DNA of 64,000 nucleotides, from sequence record NC_016163.1; one strand, 5' to 3'. The position numbers were made by a program, and so were the translations under genes. Below are positions 1 to 9,568 of the stretch, in pieces. The notes beneath the pieces were generated by a model. The model searched no databases, was not told the origin of the DNA, and saw nothing but the letters and a program-made list of their open reading frames with translations. Position 1 is the stretch's first letter. Each line of letters opens with the position of its first letter.

Positions 1-1
1 G

Positions 2-97
2 TTAATTAAGATTGACCCTAGACACTTTTCTGATATAAAAGTTGAAATCATAGGAGGTTTACTCTCTCCTGTTAAACTTTCTCTTAAGGATATATAA
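2..97 (+). CDS. 3' end of an ORF entering from upstream (LIKIDPRHF...LKDI*); the mini-ORF array probably continues beyond the window
   Basis: Open frame from base 2 to TAA at 95-97, 5 nt before the next ATG. Confidence 0.55.
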   Translation, partial: LIKIDPRHFSDIKVEIIGGLLSPVKLSLKDI

Positions 98-102
98 TTA
101 AA

Positions 103-375
103 ATGAAGAAGAATGTATGCGTTATAACTGAAAGAGATGTTGTTCTAGCTAAAAGAAGAAAAGGTTGTAAACTACAAACTGATGTAGATGTAGCTTTAAC
201 TGAAATGAATAATATTCGTTTTGATTTTAGAGTGATAATAAGAAAAGCCTTCAGAAACTTTGAAGAAGAATTTTATTATGTAGATGATTTCATTTGTATA
301 CCAGATAAAGAGGTAATGATTTATCATGAAAATTTTAAAGGCGACCAACCCAAGATGGTTTGCGCAATCCAATAG
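103..375 (+). CDS. small hypothetical protein (MKKNV)
   Basis: Array member; no family recognised. Confidence 0.7.
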   Translation: MKKNVCVITERDVVLAKRRKGCKLQTDVDVALTEMNNIRFDFRVIIRKAFRNFEEEFYYVDDFICIPDKEVMIYHENFKGDQPKMVCAIQ

Positions 376-577
376 TACTTTTTCAAAGTTTGCTATCCGT
401 GGGGCTACAGAGGTATTATCTGATTGGATGGATAATGCCTTTTCAGCATTTTGTCAATTGTATGAGATTCATTATGATGCTGGTAGCTCCCAAGTACCTA
501 AAAGAAAGCTCTTAGTTAAGATTCATCTAAGAACTGTATGGAACTCTTCTAAAATGGTGGATAATGTACATAACTAG
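326..577 (+). CDS. small hypothetical protein (MKILK)
   Basis: Array member. Confidence 0.7.
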   Translation: MKILKATNPRWFAQSNSTFSKFAIRGATEVLSDWMDNAFSAFCQLYEIHYDAGSSQVPKRKLLVKIHLRTVWNSSKMVDNVHN

Positions 578-812
578 ACGGAAAAAGAGGTTTAATACTA
601 CGGTTTATTATAATATCTATCTAGTTCCAGGAAAAATGTTAACTGTTAGAGATAAAAATATATACTCAGTATATAAAATCTTTGAAAAAGAATTAGACTT
701 CAGACTTAATCATTATGATTTCTATATCACTAAAGTTAACGAGAAACCTTATGGTATGTTGATAAGAGAGGTTATAAGAACTCATGAAAACAATAAAAGC
801 GCGTGGTTTTAA
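564..812 (+). CDS. small hypothetical protein (MYITR)
   Basis: Array member. Confidence 0.7.
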   Translation: MYITRRKKRFNTTVYYNIYLVPGKMLTVRDKNIYSVYKIFEKELDFRLNHYDFYITKVNEKPYGMLIREVIRTHENNKSAWF

Positions 813-1002
813 CAAGAATAAAATATTAGATTTAACTCCTATCAAGGAAACTAGAAGATCTGCTATGGACACTCTGATGAGAAGAATACTTTTCATAGAA
901 GTGGACATAAGTAATCATATGCCTAGGCTCCATTTTGATAATTGCAATGGGGCTAAATGGTCAAATTTCATAGCAAATAAATATTATAAGAAAGTTATAT
1001 GA
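784..1002 (+). CDS. small hypothetical protein (MKTIK)
   Basis: Array member. Confidence 0.7.
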   Translation: MKTIKARGFNKNKILDLTPIKETRRSAMDTLMRRILFIEVDISNHMPRLHFDNCNGAKWSNFIANKYYKKVI

Positions 1003-1187
1003 AAATTGTAAGAATTTCCAGGAAAAAAGACAGAGATATTGGCAGACTCATAATAGGTCATATTTTTGCAACCTATAAGGAATTAAAAGGTACTTTATTA
1101 TTCAGATATGACTATATAGGATATAAATGTAAGGTTGAATTACATAGCAATAGGTATGAAAAGATTATAGGGATTGATATATGCTAG
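999..1187 (+). CDS. small hypothetical protein (MKIVR)
   Basis: Array member; ATGA overlap. Confidence 0.7.
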   Translation: MKIVRISRKKDRDIGRLIIGHIFATYKELKGTLLFRYDYIGYKCKVELHSNRYEKIIGIDIC

Positions 1188-1534
1188 TAAGAAAATTCAG
1201 AACTCATGCTAAAGCTGGTAGGATTGAGCAACAGAAAGAAAAATTAAAAATGCTCAAAAATCGGTTGAATAAATTTGATAAAAATAGTAGTCCTTATAGG
1301 ATGAATCTTAGGGCAATCAATAATATTGAAGATTTTTTCATAAGATATGAAAATACTATAAATAGACAATTTTCTGCAGCTATGAGTAAATTCAGAAAGA
1401 TGACTTTACAAGAAACAAATTCAATTTATGCTGATTTTAAAGCAATAGTAGACAATAACTCACCAAATTATAGAGTTTATGCTACTCGTCAAGATTTGAA
1501 ATATATCTACTTTAATAAAGAATCCTTTAAATGA
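1181..1534 (+). CDS. small hypothetical protein (MLVRK)
   Basis: Array member. Confidence 0.75.
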   Translation: MLVRKFRTHAKAGRIEQQKEKLKMLKNRLNKFDKNSSPYRMNLRAINNIEDFFIRYENTINRQFSAAMSKFRKMTLQETNSIYADFKAIVDNNSPNYRVYATRQDLKYIYFNKESFK

Positions 1535-1749
1535 AAACATTTCTAGTATCTAAATACATTCTAAGTCAGATAAATCTAGATGCAAAAGTACAGAAGTCAT
1601 ATAGACGTGAACTTCTTAACTTGTCCAAAATGTATAGAAAAACGATTAAAGTTGATGGTATGGATAAATATATAGTTATTTTAGTACCTGAGACTACTTT
1701 TCCTTTTGTGATATTTGATAAATACAGGCTAGGAAATGAAAATAAATAG
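1531..1749 (+). CDS. small hypothetical protein (MKTFL)
   Basis: Array member; ATGA overlap. Confidence 0.7.
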   Translation: MKTFLVSKYILSQINLDAKVQKSYRRELLNLSKMYRKTIKVDGMDKYIVILVPETTFPFVIFDKYRLGNENK

Positions 1750-1924
1750 AATTTCCAATAATTTTAGGAATCACCCACTACACTATATAGCTGAAAATGC
1801 GTTTATAGATACTAGCGCATGGTCTAAATTCTGCGTAGAATCCCTCCAACACATGCCAAAGTTCAATTATTCATCTGAAATGCGAGCCTTGCAACATTTC
1901 TACTTAAGGATTGTTCCATGCTGA
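1736..1924 (+). CDS. small hypothetical protein (MKINR)
   Basis: Array member; AGGA SD. Confidence 0.7.
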   Translation: MKINRISNNFRNHPLHYIAENAFIDTSAWSKFCVESLQHMPKFNYSSEMRALQHFYLRIVPC

Positions 1925-2166
1925 TAGTAAAGGCTAAAAGAACTTCTTTAGCAGGTTCTAAACAAAGGTCTAGACCTAGTAAGTATTACTTATTAACTAA
2001 ACCTAGGAGTGCATTAAATAGTATAAAAAACGAATTTGATTTAGGTACCTATGAAATGGATGCAGATTATAGTACTATGTATTCGTATACGCACCAAGCT
2101 GTACCTATCTACCCAATAATAATGGAATTGAAAAATGTTGCGAATCCGTTTAGCCGCTGCTACTAA
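1918..2166 (+). CDS. small hypothetical protein (MLIVK)
   Basis: Array member; AAGGA SD. Confidence 0.7.
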   Translation: MLIVKAKRTSLAGSKQRSRPSKYYLLTKPRSALNSIKNEFDLGTYEMDADYSTMYSYTHQAVPIYPIIMELKNVANPFSRCY

Positions 2167-2341
2167 TGCCAGAAAACTTATTTTTCCTACCGGAACGTAT
2201 TCTATAACTTCTAAGCAGGTTAAGGCTAAATTCCTTAGTCACTTTTTAGTGATTAAAGACCATAGCCTTTATTTTTATATTCAGAATTGGCAGATAACTA
2301 GTGTCGTAATATATGATAAGCTGACTCTAAACAAATTCTAA
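2135..2341 (+). CDS. small hypothetical protein (MLRIR)
   Basis: Array member. Confidence 0.6.
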   Translation: MLRIRLAAATNARKLIFPTGTYSITSKQVKAKFLSHFLVIKDHSLYFYIQNWQITSVVIYDKLTLNKF

Positions 2342-2343
2342 GG

Positions 2344-2352
2344 ATATATTAT
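2344..2352 (+). promoter_or_regulatory. early-type phage promoter motif ATATATTAT (representative copy)
   Basis: The same 9-mer lies upstream of genes at 2344, 6620, 21476, 25030, 25695, 30841, 33169, 51058, 52447, 54123, 63409 (+) and 21367-21375 (-); resembles the TATATTA-type early promoters of phiKZ/AR9-like phages. Confidence 0.75.
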
Positions 2353-2385
2353 AATTATAGAATCTTAAGAATTAGGAGTTGTACT

Positions 2386-2595
2386 ATGTACAAAACTAAA
2401 CGCTTTATAGGCGTTAGGCGAAATAATAGGGTTTTCACTAAAGAGTTTAAAAAGACTATAAGAATGACATATGGCCCTAGAGAACTTTTAGATAATTATG
2501 AGATTTCATTCCATATTGAAGTCGATGAGCATAATGCATGCAAAAAGATATGGTTTGGTCTGAAATCTATGAAATATAATAGGAATTGTTTATGA
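2386..2595 (+). CDS. small hypothetical protein (MYKTK)
   Basis: AGGAG SD; first gene after the 2344 promoter motif. Confidence 0.75.
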   Translation: MYKTKRFIGVRRNNRVFTKEFKKTIRMTYGPRELLDNYEISFHIEVDEHNACKKIWFGLKSMKYNRNCL

Positions 2596-2801
2596 TGAGA
2601 TATGCTAGGGTTGTCAGAGATGATCCAGTATTTAGACCTTCTTATAGTCTTTTAAGTTCTTATTTGGTGTACTCTATGAGTATCTATGATTGGAGTTCTA
2701 AATCGTCTTACAAGCTCTTTTATAGAGAAAATATTGCTATCCGAATTCATTGTAGAGAGTTTGATAAACATCCAGAATTTAAAGGGTTTAGTCGATTATG
2801 A
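2592..2801 (+). CDS. small hypothetical protein (MMRYAR)
   Basis: Start moved to the ATG overlapping the previous stop; AGGA SD. Confidence 0.65.
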   Translation: MMRYARVVRDDPVFRPSYSLLSSYLVYSMSIYDWSSKSSYKLFYRENIAIRIHCREFDKHPEFKGFSRL

Positions 2802-3043
2802 AAATTGATAAAACTAGTACTAAACTCACTCTTATAGTACCTGCTTCTGGTATTTATGCTCAAATGGAGTTTATTGATCAGTACATACGTAGTCAAAAGA
2901 TATCTAAAGAATGTATTTCTTATACTCATGCTATTCATGTCTTAATGGAATTAAATGCAGATAAAAGAATATCATATTTTGCTTATAATAGTCGTAGAGG
3001 GGTAAATATCTATACGGGAGACTTTAAATGTATGTCTATATAG
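2798..3043 (+). CDS. small hypothetical protein (MKIDK)
   Basis: Array member; ATGA overlap. Confidence 0.7.
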   Translation: MKIDKTSTKLTLIVPASGIYAQMEFIDQYIRSQKISKECISYTHAIHVLMELNADKRISYFAYNSRRGVNIYTGDFKCMSI

Positions 3044-3264
3044 CTACTAAACGGATGGAAGAATACTCTAAATTACAGGAAGTTAATAGAGATGTAGTAC
3101 TTGAAGCTGGAAGATCACGTTCCTTGTCAGATGTAGCATATTATCGTGCTCAAATGGCTATAAGTATCAGTAGTAAATTTGCAGTTTACGCCAATCTTGA
3201 TAAAATTAATGATGATCGTGTAAGATTTCAGAAAAAGGACTTATATGAAGGTAGAAAGAACTAA
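3028..3264 (+). CDS. small hypothetical protein (MYVYI)
   Basis: Array member; GGAG SD. Confidence 0.7.
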   Translation: MYVYIATKRMEEYSKLQEVNRDVVLEAGRSRSLSDVAYYRAQMAISISSKFAVYANLDKINDDRVRFQKKDLYEGRKN

Positions 3265-3496
3265 AAGAATAACGAAATCTCATAGTATTATAAGTCGATA
3301 TAATGCGCTCCGTCATAATGGAAACCTGAATGGAATTTCACTAAGAGAATTCTTAAATTTCCCTATGGCTCATTCAGGGATGTTTAACCATTTAGCTTTA
3401 ACTCACTTATCTAATCCAGATTTTATAGAAATTATATCTTTTGACCTAGAAGATGAGGAAATATACTTAGGGACATTTAAAGAGATAATGAAATGA
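3245..3496 (+). CDS. small hypothetical protein (MKVER)
   Basis: Array member; AAGGA SD. Confidence 0.7.
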   Translation: MKVERTKRITKSHSIISRYNALRHNGNLNGISLREFLNFPMAHSGMFNHLALTHLSNPDFIEIISFDLEDEEIYLGTFKEIMK

Positions 3497-3750
3497 AAAT
3501 TCATAGAAAACCAAAACGAAAATCTTTTTACTATGATCCGTATCCTAATTATCCATATGAAGACCCCTGTAACTATTTAGATGATAGGAGAGAAATAGTA
3601 TCTCTGTCTAATATAGATCGAGTATTTGCTCGTTCTACTCCTCAAATAATACTTAATAAGCGTATAGAGCTTTTTCTCTACACTGAAAAGTATATCTCTA
3701 GTACACTAGCTATTACTGATATGCTGGATGGTTCAAAATGGTTAAGTTAA
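3493..3750 (+). CDS. small hypothetical protein (MKIHR)
   Basis: Array member; ATGA overlap. Confidence 0.7.
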   Translation: MKIHRKPKRKSFYYDPYPNYPYEDPCNYLDDRREIVSLSNIDRVFARSTPQIILNKRIELFLYTEKYISSTLAITDMLDGSKWLS

Positions 3751-4070
3751 GATTTAAAAAAGATAATACCTTTGGTAAATATGTAGGAGTATATTTACAC
3801 CTATTATCAATTGGTAAGAGGGAAATGATTGATGATAGGAAATCTAAAGATAGTTACGATGAGATCATAAGATATGCTTATGAAGAACAAAATGGTATGT
3901 ATCCTAAGCGAATTCTTGAATTATTAGGAGTATATGAATTTGCTTATACGAGATCAATTTTTGCAATCAAAGGGGAAAGGGGTTGGTCTATTAAGATACG
4001 ACCAAACGAAAAGATTGAATTATCATGGGCGAGATCAGATAATAATGAAGCATATAAAAGACGCATATAG
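3738..4070 (+). CDS. small hypothetical protein (MVKLR)
   Basis: Array member. Confidence 0.7.
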   Translation: MVKLRFKKDNTFGKYVGVYLHLLSIGKREMIDDRKSKDSYDEIIRYAYEEQNGMYPKRILELLGVYEFAYTRSIFAIKGERGWSIKIRPNEKIELSWARSDNNEAYKRRI

Positions 4071-4251
4071 TGTATTAGATCATTACTACCCTCAAAACAT
4101 AGAACATTTGAGAAGAAATATTCTAAATACACAAAAAAATTTTGTCTATAATCTTAAAGATTTAAAGATCATAAATACTAATCTTTTTGTAGTTGAGAGA
4201 TATAATGGTAAAATAGGTATTCAGCAAATTCGTATAAGGTTTATATTATGA
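4045..4251 (+). CDS. small hypothetical protein (MKHIK)
   Basis: Start moved from 3934 to 4045 to remove a long overlap. Confidence 0.6.
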   Translation: MKHIKDAYSVLDHYYPQNIEHLRRNILNTQKNFVYNLKDLKIINTNLFVVERYNGKIGIQQIRIRFIL

Positions 4252-4526
4252 AGATAGCTAATTATCCTAAATCTAAAAAAGCTCTAAGAGGTGATCCTCA
4301 TGTATCATTTATACATAGATTAGAGATTAGTGATGGTTTTAGGTATACTCTTAAGAATACTTTAATTCAAAAGTTTATTCTGGAAGATCTTGTTGATTTA
4401 CCAAAATTTCTCAAAGAAGAATATATAGAAATAGATTCTCGTCTAGATGGAGATTCATTAGTATTTATCAAGTATAAAAGGCTTAAAGATGTTCATACTT
4501 TCAAAGGCTGTGAAATCAATATATAG
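4248..4526 (+). CDS. small hypothetical protein (MKIAN)
   Basis: Array member; ATGA overlap. Confidence 0.7.
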   Translation: MKIANYPKSKKALRGDPHVSFIHRLEISDGFRYTLKNTLIQKFILEDLVDLPKFLKEEYIEIDSRLDGDSLVFIKYKRLKDVHTFKGCEINI

Positions 4527-4725
4527 TAATCAATTAATGACTTTACGTCATGATAAGCTAGCTAAAAGAGTTTCCGCAATTCCTAAGATGAAAGAAAGTT
4601 TAGTAGAGTTTGAGGGGCTATATTGTGATGTAATGGTAAAAGTTGCAATATATCATGACCATCCAGTTTATGGTATGACTTTCTTACAGAAATATTCATT
4701 TTTCCAGGAGGGTAAGTTTGTATAA
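4489..4725 (+). CDS. small hypothetical protein (MFILS)
   Basis: Array member. Confidence 0.65.
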   Translation: MFILSKAVKSIYSNQLMTLRHDKLAKRVSAIPKMKESLVEFEGLYCDVMVKVAIYHDHPVYGMTFLQKYSFFQEGKFV

Positions 4726-4927
4726 GCGATGCATAATGAAAGCTGAACTTCCAGAGTATGGTTCAATAAAATCAGTATTCGAAGAAGGACGTTTAAGCGT
4801 AAAACAGCAATTAAAAGTTAAATATTCTTTTGCCCATCATCCAGATAAGTACTTAGGAATTAACAATGCTGCCTTCAAATTAGATGATGGATTCGAAGTA
4901 TTAGTTTTTAAGGGTATGTTTAAATGA
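4718..4927 (+). CDS. small hypothetical protein (TTG start)
   Basis: GAGGG SD; array member. Confidence 0.65.
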   Translation: MYKRCIMKAELPEYGSIKSVFEEGRLSVKQQLKVKYSFAHHPDKYLGINNAAFKLDDGFEVLVFKGMFK

Positions 4928-5181
4928 AAGTAAAGAAAAACCTAATACGTCGGTACGATTATGATAGTATTATGGCTTTAGAAAAGGATCCAGATAACGT
5001 AATACGTCAAAGAGTTTTAAATCATGAAAGAAACGAGAAGAAATTTGTAAATAAAATGGAAAGCCAAGTAATTAGTTCATGCTTTCCAGATTTACTGCAT
5101 TCAATGGCGGTTATTATTTATTATCGTTCACCATATTCTTTCGGGGCTTGTTTTCAACTATGTAAAGCTGATATACAATGA
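4924..5181 (+). CDS. small hypothetical protein (MKVKK)
   Basis: Array member; ATGA overlap. Confidence 0.7.
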   Translation: MKVKKNLIRRYDYDSIMALEKDPDNVIRQRVLNHERNEKKFVNKMESQVISSCFPDLLHSMAVIIYYRSPYSFGACFQLCKADIQ

Positions 5182-5405
5182 GAAAATATAGAAAGTCATC
5201 ATTCACATTTGTAGAGGATTTTGTAGCAAAGGATATGGCAATGATATCCGAAATACAAAGTATGATATCCTGTATGAATGGATTTGATTTAGTTCTAGGT
5301 TTTGGAGAAACTAAAATGCTCTACTACCAACGTATAGGATTTGATACATATTTTGAATTAAAGACCTCTGAAGAAATGAAAATGCTTAATAAGAGGGTTG
5401 TGTAA
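5178..5405 (+). CDS. small hypothetical protein (MRKYR)
   Basis: Array member; ATGA overlap. Confidence 0.7.
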   Translation: MRKYRKSSFTFVEDFVAKDMAMISEIQSMISCMNGFDLVLGFGETKMLYYQRIGFDTYFELKTSEEMKMLNKRVV

Positions 5406-5608
5406 TGAAACATATTAAACAACATTGGACTAATGTTAACTTTGAATGGTATATCAACAGATATTCTGGAACGGATTATACTGGTACATTTTCTGAGATT
5501 AGAGGATTAATTCATAGTGTAAAATCTCTTGAGTTAGGGAAGCCTGTACCTCTAATGTGTGAGAATCATACTGCATACAAAATGTATGGAACGAGCGTTA
5601 AATCATGA
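5405..5608 (+). CDS. small hypothetical protein (MKHIK)
   Basis: Array member; TAATG overlap. Confidence 0.7.
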   Translation: MKHIKQHWTNVNFEWYINRYSGTDYTGTFSEIRGLIHSVKSLELGKPVPLMCENHTAYKMYGTSVKS

Positions 5609-5799
5609 TAAGAGTGACTTATCCCTTCCCTATGGAAGAAGATGCGCAAACTAATAAACATATAACCCATTTAGGTACTATCTATAATGTAGGAAGATTA
5701 ATTGAATCTAAAGAAATATGGATAGATATAAAAATTGTATCTAAAGGTTGTGCAGGTATACTGATTGATATTAAGGAAACCCTCAAATGCGAGTCCTAA
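5605..5799 (+). CDS. small hypothetical protein (MIRVT)
   Basis: Array member; ATGA overlap. Confidence 0.65.
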   Translation: MIRVTYPFPMEEDAQTNKHITHLGTIYNVGRLIESKEIWIDIKIVSKGCAGILIDIKETLKCES

Positions 5800-6092
5800 A
5801 ACTTGATATGAGACCTGATGACTATAGAGAAGAATATCGTAAAAATTATATAACTGTAAGTATATTAGAAGAGCTTGATAAATCCTACAAAGCTAATTTA
5901 TTTAAACTTTCTCCAATAAATGATGTATTAAAAGGTAATTTCTTTAGTATCATATGCGGTATACGTGATGAATTTACTGATGTTCATCCAAAATACTATT
6001 TACAATATACCTATTCTAATCAAAAATGGGGTATGTATATAAAGAATAAAGATTATTCTGCCAGATTCTACGAAAACGATGGAGTATGGTAA
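5787..6092 (+). CDS. small hypothetical protein (MRVLK)
   Basis: Array member. Confidence 0.7.
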   Translation: MRVLKLDMRPDDYREEYRKNYITVSILEELDKSYKANLFKLSPINDVLKGNFFSIICGIRDEFTDVHPKYYLQYTYSNQKWGMYIKNKDYSARFYENDGVW

Positions 6093-6343
6093 TGAAGACT
6101 TATAGATTCAATAAATACCATCCTAATGCAGATTTAGATAGATTGAAGTATGACTCATTTAAAATAAATACTGAGATACAATGGATAAATATTGGATGTC
6201 TTTTAGAAAGTTTATTTATTCTGTATGACCCGCCAGATGAAGAAGATATCAAAGATTATCTTGTGTTACCGCTATTCATTTACTTCATAACACGTCCAAA
6301 TAATCTATCTGTATATAAAATGAGATCATTTAAATGCATGTAA
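6092..6343 (+). CDS. small hypothetical protein (MKTYR)
   Basis: Start at the TAATG overlap. Confidence 0.7.
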   Translation: MKTYRFNKYHPNADLDRLKYDSFKINTEIQWINIGCLLESLFILYDPPDEEDIKDYLVLPLFIYFITRPNNLSVYKMRSFKCM

Positions 6344-6579
6344 CTAGATGGCGTAGCCCAGGAGAAAATTTCCTGATGGCATGTTTTAGTTTTAAAGCCA
6401 ATGGTATAAGAAAAAGAATAATAAAGAGATATAATGAAGTTTATAGAGGCGATTGCATCTTTTTAGACAACTCTATTATGCGTAATCAATGTAAAATAGG
6501 ATTTGCAAGAAGTCCTATTTGCTCCACATTCTTAATAGATTCTTCCAGCAATAATCCTTTTCTACATTTTATATTTTAA
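6334..6579 (+). CDS. small hypothetical protein (MHVTR)
   Basis: Array member, followed by a terminator. Confidence 0.65.
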   Translation: MHVTRWRSPGENFLMACFSFKANGIRKRIIKRYNEVYRGDCIFLDNSIMRNQCKIGFARSPICSTFLIDSSSNNPFLHFIF

Positions 6580-6582
6580 AGA

Positions 6583-6615
6583 AAAGGTTCTCAAAAGAGA
6601 ACCTACTCTTTTTTT
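6583..6615 (+). terminator. intrinsic terminator
   Basis: aggttctc-aaaa-gagaacct stem followed by a T-rich run. Confidence 0.7.
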
Positions 6616-6647
6616 ATTGATATATTATATTAATGGAGGAATCTCTA

Positions 6648-6905
6648 ATGAGAATACATCGTATAACTGGAAGGTTCGATAATTTAGGTTTAGACCCTGT
6701 AGGAACATGGATATTTAGAATTTACAGAGAGATTAAAAACACATATGAGTATAATATCAATATGGTTCCTGATCTCAGTTTTCTCATAGCTAATGCAAAT
6801 GATGATTTGAATCCTGTAAGATCAATTGATAGTTATCATTTAGCTAGACTCTTTATAGAGAGTGATCGAAGGATTAAGAATAAAAGTATCATAACTTATA
6901 TGTGA
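6648..6905 (+). CDS. small hypothetical protein (MRIHR)
   Basis: GGAGG SD before the ATG at 6648. Confidence 0.75.
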   Translation: MRIHRITGRFDNLGLDPVGTWIFRIYREIKNTYEYNINMVPDLSFLIANANDDLNPVRSIDSYHLARLFIESDRRIKNKSIITYM

Positions 6906-6913
6906 GGATTGAT

Positions 6914-7273
6914 ATGATAATCTTCAAAGCAAGGAAGTGTAATCATTTTAATAATAGTTCTCAATTAAATTTTGCTATAGAAGCTCATCGTAGAGTTACC
7001 ATTTCAGGTAACTATGAAATGCTTAGATCTAATCTCAAGATTAGTTCATGTTTTCCTGAAGCATTTCAAGTTAAGCTTTATCCAGATAGTACTCCTCGCC
7101 AAGATGATCGTATGTTTATAGATGAAATGCTTGATATGGGAATATGTGATTTCCATGTTTTATTCATTTCAGGTGAGAGAAGATTAACGACGTACTTGTG
7201 GTGTCCACTAATAAATATAAAGGCTCATTATGTTCAAGACCAAGCTTCCAAAGAAATTATATCCTTCTATTAA
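6914..7273 (+). CDS. small hypothetical protein (MIIFK)
   Basis: GAGGA SD before the ATG at 6914. Confidence 0.7.
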   Translation: MIIFKARKCNHFNNSSQLNFAIEAHRRVTISGNYEMLRSNLKISSCFPEAFQVKLYPDSTPRQDDRMFIDEMLDMGICDFHVLFISGERRLTTYLWCPLINIKAHYVQDQASKEIISFY

Positions 7274-7772
7274 ACATCAGTGGTTTTTACAGATTGATAA
7301 ACTTTTTGATATTATGTATGAAAGGGATAAACTACTAAATCTTGCTAGAGAAACCTGCCTCATTCTCGAACCAATTATGTTACATACTTATACTAGCAAA
7401 AAGATAGTTCATCAATTTGATAATATCCCGTATAATACTTTTATTGTAAGAAAACCTATTTTAACAGGCGTAGATTTTGCTGCAGGAATGGATTATGATG
7501 GTGATGTAATGTCATATTATAGTCATAACTTTTTATATGGCCATCTTGGTGATCCGCTTCAAATGTATCCTTCTATTAAAAGAATGGTAGAATATAAAAA
7601 CTATTCTACTACTAAACTAGATAGAAAAGGTAAAATTCAGTTTGAATTACCTCCTAAAGAGCTTTCAAAAATCTATGGAACTAGATATAAGGATATACCT
7701 CTTGCTGGAGGAAATATTTTAGATACATTTGATATTCCGGTAAAAAATCATCATGTATTCATTCCACAATAA
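7230..7772 (+). CDS. hypothetical protein containing a GVDFAAGMDYDGD segment
   Basis: 180-aa ORF; the motif appears without the rest of an enzyme. Confidence 0.7.
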   Translation: MFKTKLPKKLYPSIKHQWFLQIDKLFDIMYERDKLLNLARETCLILEPIMLHTYTSKKIVHQFDNIPYNTFIVRKPILTGVDFAAGMDYDGDVMSYYSHNFLYGHLGDPLQMYPSIKRMVEYKNYSTTKLDRKGKIQFELPPKELSKIYGTRYKDIPLAGGNILDTFDIPVKNHHVFIPQ

Positions 7773-7781
7773 TGGATTAAT

Positions 7782-8063
7782 ATGAAAATAACAGTTCTTG
7801 GCCCTGATTGGATGGGGTTATTAGATGAATATTTAGACCATAAAGGGAAACCTAGTGTCTATTCTGATTTAGAAAACCTTGCAACTACTTTGTATCGTTT
7901 ATCTAGATTTCTAGTATTAGTGCATAGTGAATCTGTAGCAGGGTTGCACCCCTATTCCCCTCGTATTTTCTTTGAATATGAATATTCTCTTGAAAGAGCA
8001 TTAAATTCAACTGACCCTAACGGTTTTCCTATAAGAGTCATAGCTAAAAAGGATTCTAGTTAA
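7782..8063 (+). CDS. small hypothetical protein (MKITV)
   Basis: Array member. Confidence 0.7.
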   Translation: MKITVLGPDWMGLLDEYLDHKGKPSVYSDLENLATTLYRLSRFLVLVHSESVAGLHPYSPRIFFEYEYSLERALNSTDPNGFPIRVIAKKDSS

Positions 8064-8428
8064 TGTATATTAATAAGCTTACTGTAGTACTATTTCACGA
8101 TCTAAGCCCTTACGGATATCCGGCATTTATTTCAGATAAAAAACTACGAGAAAGAATTTGTAATAAGTTAACTGTAAAAGTAGCTTCAATTGTTTATCGT
8201 GGAGCCGTTTCCGTTAAAATCTTTAATGCCAAAGATTTAGGTTCTTTGCAAGAAATCTTATCTGGTAAGAAAGGGTTTATACGCAAAAATGATATAGCTT
8301 ATGAATTACTTATCGAAACCATGTTCATAGTAGAAAGTGATTTACCTCGTTATAAAGGAACTAGAACAATTACTTTTTCCGATCCTATAGTAAAACAGAT
8401 TGAGGATTTTAAGAATGAAATTTGTTAA
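8063..8428 (+). CDS. small hypothetical protein (MYINK)
   Basis: Array member; TAATG overlap. Confidence 0.75.
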   Translation: MYINKLTVVLFHDLSPYGYPAFISDKKLRERICNKLTVKVASIVYRGAVSVKIFNAKDLGSLQEILSGKKGFIRKNDIAYELLIETMFIVESDLPRYKGTRTITFSDPIVKQIEDFKNEIC

Positions 8429-8825
8429 ATTTCGTGAGAATGTGGAATACGAAAATAATTCATTCAGAGTTGTCGTTATGAAATGTTTTCCGCATGAAGT
8501 AATTACTAATAATGGAGTAAGAATAGACAATCCTAGGCAGTTTAGAGAGGACGGCACTGTTCCAATTTCTACCAATCTCTCCCATCTATTTTTCATAAAT
8601 AGATCATTTAGCAGAGAATTGTATAAACTTTCTGGCGGTTTTGAAATTGAGTCTAATTTCAATAATGATGAAGGATCTGATGATGAAAACTTTGCCCTTA
8701 TGGAATCTTCATATTTAGATCTACCTATTAAATTGAAATTATATTTTGAAGATAGAAGTATACTTTTATCTATGCTTTTAGAAGAATATCATAATATAAA
8801 AATACCGTTAAGGTTTTTGAAATGA
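8415..8825 (+). CDS. small hypothetical protein (MKFVK)
   Basis: GAGGA SD before the ATG at 8415. Confidence 0.75.
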   Translation: MKFVKFRENVEYENNSFRVVVMKCFPHEVITNNGVRIDNPRQFREDGTVPISTNLSHLFFINRSFSRELYKLSGGFEIESNFNNDEGSDDENFALMESSYLDLPIKLKLYFEDRSILLSMLLEEYHNIKIPLRFLK

Positions 8826-9064
8826 AAATTTTTAGAACGGATAGCAAAATATCAAAATGTGATAGCAGAAGAACTGATTTATTAAATAGGATATTCAAGA
8901 AATATACATTAAATTCATTATGTAACAATTATGAAAAGCATTTATTAGCTTTTGATTTTAATGATTTCTCAAGAACTTCTATGTTTGTAGAAAGTCGGAT
9001 ATACGCCGATGTAAATACTATGGTATTTTACCGATATTATGGTTATCTACATGAAAAAGACTAA
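8822..9064 (+). CDS. small hypothetical protein (MKIFR)
   Basis: Array member; ATGA overlap. Confidence 0.7.
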   Translation: MKIFRTDSKISKCDSRRTDLLNRIFKKYTLNSLCNNYEKHLLAFDFNDFSRTSMFVESRIYADVNTMVFYRYYGYLHEKD

Positions 9065-9326
9065 ATTTGATAGTAAACGTCATATGGAAAGTTTTCTTTA
9101 TAATTCAAGAACCACAAGATGGGTCTTAGAGGATAAATTATTTGAACATATAGCCGATATCGTAGCTAGGATAAAATACCTTGATAGCATCATTATTAGT
9201 ATAGGTCGTATAAATTTCGTGCCGACTAATTTAAAGAAGGAAAACAATAATAACGAAAAAATACTACTGATGTTTAAGGTGGATAATAATTTTGAAAAAT
9301 TAGCCCGTATAAGGATAAATAAATGA
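9051..9326 (+). CDS. small hypothetical protein (MKKTK)
   Basis: Array member; start uncertain (9039 or 9051). Confidence 0.65.
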   Translation: MKKTKFDSKRHMESFLYNSRTTRWVLEDKLFEHIADIVARIKYLDSIIISIGRINFVPTNLKKENNNNEKILLMFKVDNNFEKLARIRINK

Positions 9327-9568
9327 TTCATCAAAGATGGAGTAGTACATACTTGAAAGCAAAAAGAAATCCAGGAATGTCAGCTATAAATTATAGAGCT
9401 TTGGATGCCCTAACTCATCGCATAAGAACCGATTTCACTTTACACTTTGAAAAAGGCGATGCTGAATGTACTGAATTTAATGAAGGTAGTAATGATAAAA
9501 GTTTTTATATAGAAACTGACGGTATATTTTTTAATTCTATTTCTAATAAGTCATTAAAGGGACTATAG
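9323..9568 (+). CDS. small hypothetical protein (MIHQR)
   Basis: Array member; ATGA overlap. Confidence 0.7.
   Translation: MIHQRWSSTYLKAKRNPGMSAINYRALDALTHRIRTDFTLHFEKGDAECTEFNEGSNDKSFYIETDGIFFNSISNKSLKGL

Noticed and set aside
52-98. aggag/ctcct hairpin and an ATATATAAT promoter variant
   Set aside because: Both lie in the coding 3' end of the upstream ORF (2-97) and are probably incidental
693-9334. Minus-strand ORFs inside the mini-ORF array (693, 2747, 3944, 8342, 9098)
   Set aside because: Fully overlap a coherent plus-strand coupled operon; no supporting signals
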